Source: an uncultured Chroococcidiopsis sp. (GTDB taxonomy: Bacteria; Cyanobacteriota; Cyanobacteriia; Cyanobacteriales; Chroococcidiopsidaceae). Taken from it: a DNA stretch of 64,000 bases. Below are positions 61,011-64,000 of the stretch, one piece after another. Location of the stretch: the NCBI GenBank assembly GCA_964248365.1, contig CAXTYC010000003.1, forward strand, positions 192,001-256,000. The letters are read 5' to 3'. The translations under genes were made by a program, and so were the position numbers. The notes below the pieces were generated by a model. It saw only the letters and a list, made by a program, of their open reading frames with translations, searched no databases and had not been told where the DNA came from. Positions within the stretch are counted from its first letter, which is position 1. Each line of letters opens with the position of its first letter.

Positions 61011-62804
61011 TCACAGGCTGACTCCTAACCACCCTTGATAGTTTTGTTTCTGAGTAGAGGTAGGATGCTCTACAGGTAGCACTTGGTAGCGGCTAGGACG
61101 TGGGGCAGCTAGGGTAAGTGCCAATGTGCGTAGTTCTTCTTGGTGGAAAATTGTAACACAGATCGTGTCGCCAGGTTGGTAATCTCGCAGGCGATCGCTC
61201 AAATTTTGAGCTGTTACCCTCACACCATCTATCGCCAGTAACTCATCCCCGCCATCAATACCCGCTTGATGAGCAGGTGAATCTGTCTCGACAAACTTAA
61301 TTAACTCACGTCCATTTTCCACCGCAGTTCTCACACCCAAATACGGTACAGGTTCTTCCTCGCACTCATCCACCAGCTGCAAGCCAAAAGGTTCGAGGTA
61401 CTGATTAAAAGGTAACTCCTGTGTGCCATCAATATACCGAGAAAAGAAATCATCTAAATCGATACCAGCGACTGACTCGATTACTTCCTGTAACTGTTCT
61501 GGTGTAAAGCCAATTTCTGCTATCCCGAATTGCTGCCACATCTGACGCATTACATCATCAAGCGAAAGCGAGTTTCGATGCCGTTCCCGAATCAATAAAT
61601 CCAGCAACAACGACACCATTTCCCCTTTCAGATAATAGGAAATTTGGGAATTACCGCTATTAGCATCTGGTCGATACAGTTTAATCCAAGCATCAAAACT
61701 TGACTCAGACAGCGGTTGGACTAGTCGCCCTGGTGTTGTTTGAAACCTGGTAATTTCCTTACCCAAATTATTCAAGAAAGACTTAGCATCATAAATTCCT
61801 GCTCGTAGGGGAATCACCAAGTCGTAATAGCTTGTTGTACCTTCACTGAACCACAATGATGGTGTATAGTTTTCACAGTCGTAATCGAACACTTCTAAGG
61901 CTTTGGGACGAATTCGCTTGACGTTCCATAGGTGAAAAAACTCGTGTGCCACCAGTTGCATAAAGCGATCGTACTTATCCCCAGTGCGAAACCCAAAGCG
62001 GGGATAATTCAAAGAGCAAGCATACTTGTGTTCTAAGCCGCCATTACCCGTAGATGATAGATGCAGCAGAAATATGTATCTGTCATAAGGTAAACCACCA
62101 AATAGCTGAGCTTCTACCTCGATAATTTTCTGTATATCTGGAATCATTTTAGCGGGGTTAACATTGCCTTTTCCCCAAATGGCGAGTTCATGGGATTTAC
62201 CCAATACCTCAAACTGATGCAACTCTTGACAACCAATCTCAAACGGACTATCCACCAAAGTGTCAAAGTCTGCTGCTTGGAATGTGTTAGGTTGTTCTGG
62301 AACTGTTGGTAAGGGAGTAGTAATCCGCCATTCTGGTTTTGGTGGCACTATTGTCACCAATATTGGCTGCTGTTCCAGTTCTGGTATTCTAAAGAACAAA
62401 GCTGCGCCGTTGAAATATCCATGAGTGGCATCCAGGTGATTTGTCCGCACTGATAGCTCGTTGGCAAACACACGGTATCGCACAGTAATTGAAGCATCAG
62501 TATCCGTTTGAGCTATGGCGGATGTTTCAACTTGCCAATGATTTTTACTTAGCTTGCGCCAAGGTAAAGACTGTTTTCCAGCATCAGCTGAAAAATTCTG
62601 AAGGTGCTTAGCGTATTCGCGCACCAGGTAAGACCCTGGTGTCCAAACTGGCAGCTTCAAGTCCAAAACCCGCCCTTTCCAGCCTTGCAAATACAAAACC
62701 ACCTCAAATAGATGAGTTTGGGGCTGGGGCATTGACACTTGGTAATGTATTGTCGGGGAGATGCTAGCGGGGCGACTCGTTTGAGTTAAGGTTGCTTCAG
62801 TCAT
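61011..62804 (-). CDS. M61-family metallopeptidase with a PDZ domain
   Basis: Motifs PVWTPGSY, GGLEH, AHEFFHLWN and WFSEGTTSYY, plus a C-terminal PDZ (SPAHQAGI..GDELLAIDG). Confidence 0.93.
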   Translation of the reverse strand: MTEATLTQTSRPASISPTIHYQVSMPQPQTHLFEVVLYLQGWKGRVLDLKLPVWTPGSYLVREYAKHLQNFSADAGKQSLPWRKLSKNHWQVETSAIAQTDTDASITVRYRVFANELSVRTNHLDATHGYFNGAALFFRIPELEQQPILVTIVPPKPEWRITTPLPTVPEQPNTFQAADFDTLVDSPFEIGCQELHQFEVLGKSHELAIWGKGNVNPAKMIPDIQKIIEVEAQLFGGLPYDRYIFLLHLSSTGNGGLEHKYACSLNYPRFGFRTGDKYDRFMQLVAHEFFHLWNVKRIRPKALEVFDYDCENYTPSLWFSEGTTSYYDLVIPLRAGIYDAKSFLNNLGKEITRFQTTPGRLVQPLSESSFDAWIKLYRPDANSGNSQISYYLKGEMVSLLLDLLIRERHRNSLSLDDVMRQMWQQFGIAEIGFTPEQLQEVIESVAGIDLDDFFSRYIDGTQELPFNQYLEPFGLQLVDECEEEPVPYLGVRTAVENGRELIKFVETDSPAHQAGIDGGDELLAIDGVRVTAQNLSDRLRDYQPGDTICVTIFHQEELRTLALTLAAPRPSRYQVLPVEHPTSTQKQNYQGWLGVSL

Positions 62805-62943
62805 TGATAGTGTCTAGTTGTTGGATTTAAAGACAATCTAACAACTCAATAGAGGGAAAAGGGAAAAGGGGAAAGGATAAAGGATAAAGGATAAAAATTT
62901 ACACTTCATCCTTCATACTTCATACTTTTCTAGCCCCTAGCCT

Positions 62944-64000
62944 CTAATTCACGTTGGGAAATTTTTCTAGCTTTTCCAATTGTTGCTCTACATTCTCCAG
63001 TACTTGATTCAAAGCCATTAGAGACTCGTAACGCTCAGAATGGTCGCTAGGGTTGAGTTTGACACGCGATCGCAGTTGACTCAACTTTTGCTGAAGTTGA
63101 GTTGCGATCGCCAAAGTATCTCGGCTCAAAGAAGCTAATTGCTGCTGTTGATAAAACTGCCTCGCTTCTCCCCTTAACACTTGCAAGGTAGCTTGTTCCC
63201 CATACTTTCCAGGCATTACTCGCAAGCGTAGTAATAAGCGTTCTTTTTGATAGAAGCGTTCAATCTCTGCTTGTAATACTTCTTTAACTGGCTCTAAAGG
63301 CAGGTGTGTCAGCTGCTTCAATTCATTGATCAGCTCTTGAAAAACTTGCATGGGTATGTCTGGCAATACACACTGCAAATTACCATTCTGACTACAAACA
63401 ATCCGACCTCGCTGGGGCGATTTCTGCTCAAAGTAAAGCCGACCGATACCTTTTTCCAGCACCCGCGCCAGTAATTCTTGCAATAATTTCTTTGCAGGCA
63501 AGGTTTTCAGTACTTCCACCGAGTTAGACTGATGGCTGGCTTGCACTAACAGCACAGGTAAAGCTTGAGCAGCCCCCGCGTTGGATTGCGAGGTAATTTT
63601 ATTTTCAGGGGCTGGGGAAAGTGTTGGTGCAGGGGAGGGATGAGGAGTTTTTGGCTGGTTGTTCTTTAAACTTGCCCGATCTTCTCGCTCAACCAAAATA
63701 AAAGTAGGTTTGTCATGTGGGCTTACTAGGTCTGGCTTTTCTTCTGGCGTGGCGGCAGAAGGTGCTGCCCCATTTCCTGCGTCAAGAGAGTGTAATTTTT
63801 CAGTTATAGGAACGGTTGCTTTTGTAGGATTGAGGTATGCACTAAGCACAGCTTTATGTTCCTGGGCTTCTATAGGCTGAACTAGTAGCTCATAATTCAT
63901 ATAAGACAAAATCCGCCCCACATACTCGCACGCAGCAGTGTCTTCTGGATTTACCATACCCAGTGTTAAACGATTGGCTGACAAAGCCAAAGGCAAAACC
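62944..64000 (-). CDS. PilB/GspE N-terminal-like protein without an ATPase domain, 5' end outside the window
   Basis: VLPLA...LTLGMVNPED resembles T2SSE_N, and LRLRVMPGKYGEQATLQVL resembles PilB N2D. A coiled coil and a stop follow, with no Walker A motif. Confidence 0.7.
   Translation of the reverse strand, partial: VLPLALSANRLTLGMVNPEDTAACEYVGRILSYMNYELLVQPIEAQEHKAVLSAYLNPTKATVPITEKLHSLDAGNGAAPSAATPEEKPDLVSPHDKPTFILVEREDRASLKNNQPKTPHPSPAPTLSPAPENKITSQSNAGAAQALPVLLVQASHQSNSVEVLKTLPAKKLLQELLARVLEKGIGRLYFEQKSPQRGRIVCSQNGNLQCVLPDIPMQVFQELINELKQLTHLPLEPVKEVLQAEIERFYQKERLLLRLRVMPGKYGEQATLQVLRGEARQFYQQQQLASLSRDTLAIATQLQQKLSQLRSRVKLNPSDHSERYESLMALNQVLENVEQQLEKLEKFPNVN

Larger units (their letters stand above)
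1..64000. repeat. HIP1 octamer GCGATCGC dispersed across the window
   Basis: Dozens of occurrences in coding and intergenic DNA, for example near 2356, 3084, 7314, 9226, 33618 and 33642. Confidence 0.95.

Overview
This 64-kb window is cyanobacterial chromosome. The evidence is very dense HIP1 (GCGATCGC) octamers, heptamer STRR-type intergenic repeats, ndhF1/ndhD1, a TrxC-type thioredoxin and an RbcR-type LysR regulator. Core genes include pstSCAB, bamA-lpxC-fabZ-lpxA-lpxB, purC, ggt, an SNF2/SWIM pair, pnp, tpiA, folP, ndhF/ndhD and rpsD. The core genes look intact, while about nine accessory genes look broken. The most notable observations follow. (1) A Tat-signal aldo/keto reductase gene is split, with its halves about 6.3 kb apart. 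Between them lie a truncated sbp, an intact pstSCAB, a truncated cysK/CBS gene and an IS5-family element. (2) There are nested miniature elements, including a 141-bp MITE with the same ends and 3-bp target duplication type as that IS, whose empty site is visible in a second copy of the host repeat. (3) A membrane Ser/Thr kinase lies next to three orphan solute-binding proteins that share an N-terminal QK(K/N)E-hydrophobic anchor, a candidate receptor-kinase-like system. (4) There is a Yfr2-like small RNA with a clean sigma70 promoter. (5) A decayed DUF2281-like/MazF toxin-antitoxin pair is present. (6) Intergenic-type repeats sit in frame inside several proteins. No CRISPR array, tRNA or rRNA was seen. 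All family calls come from motif recognition by eye, not from database searches.
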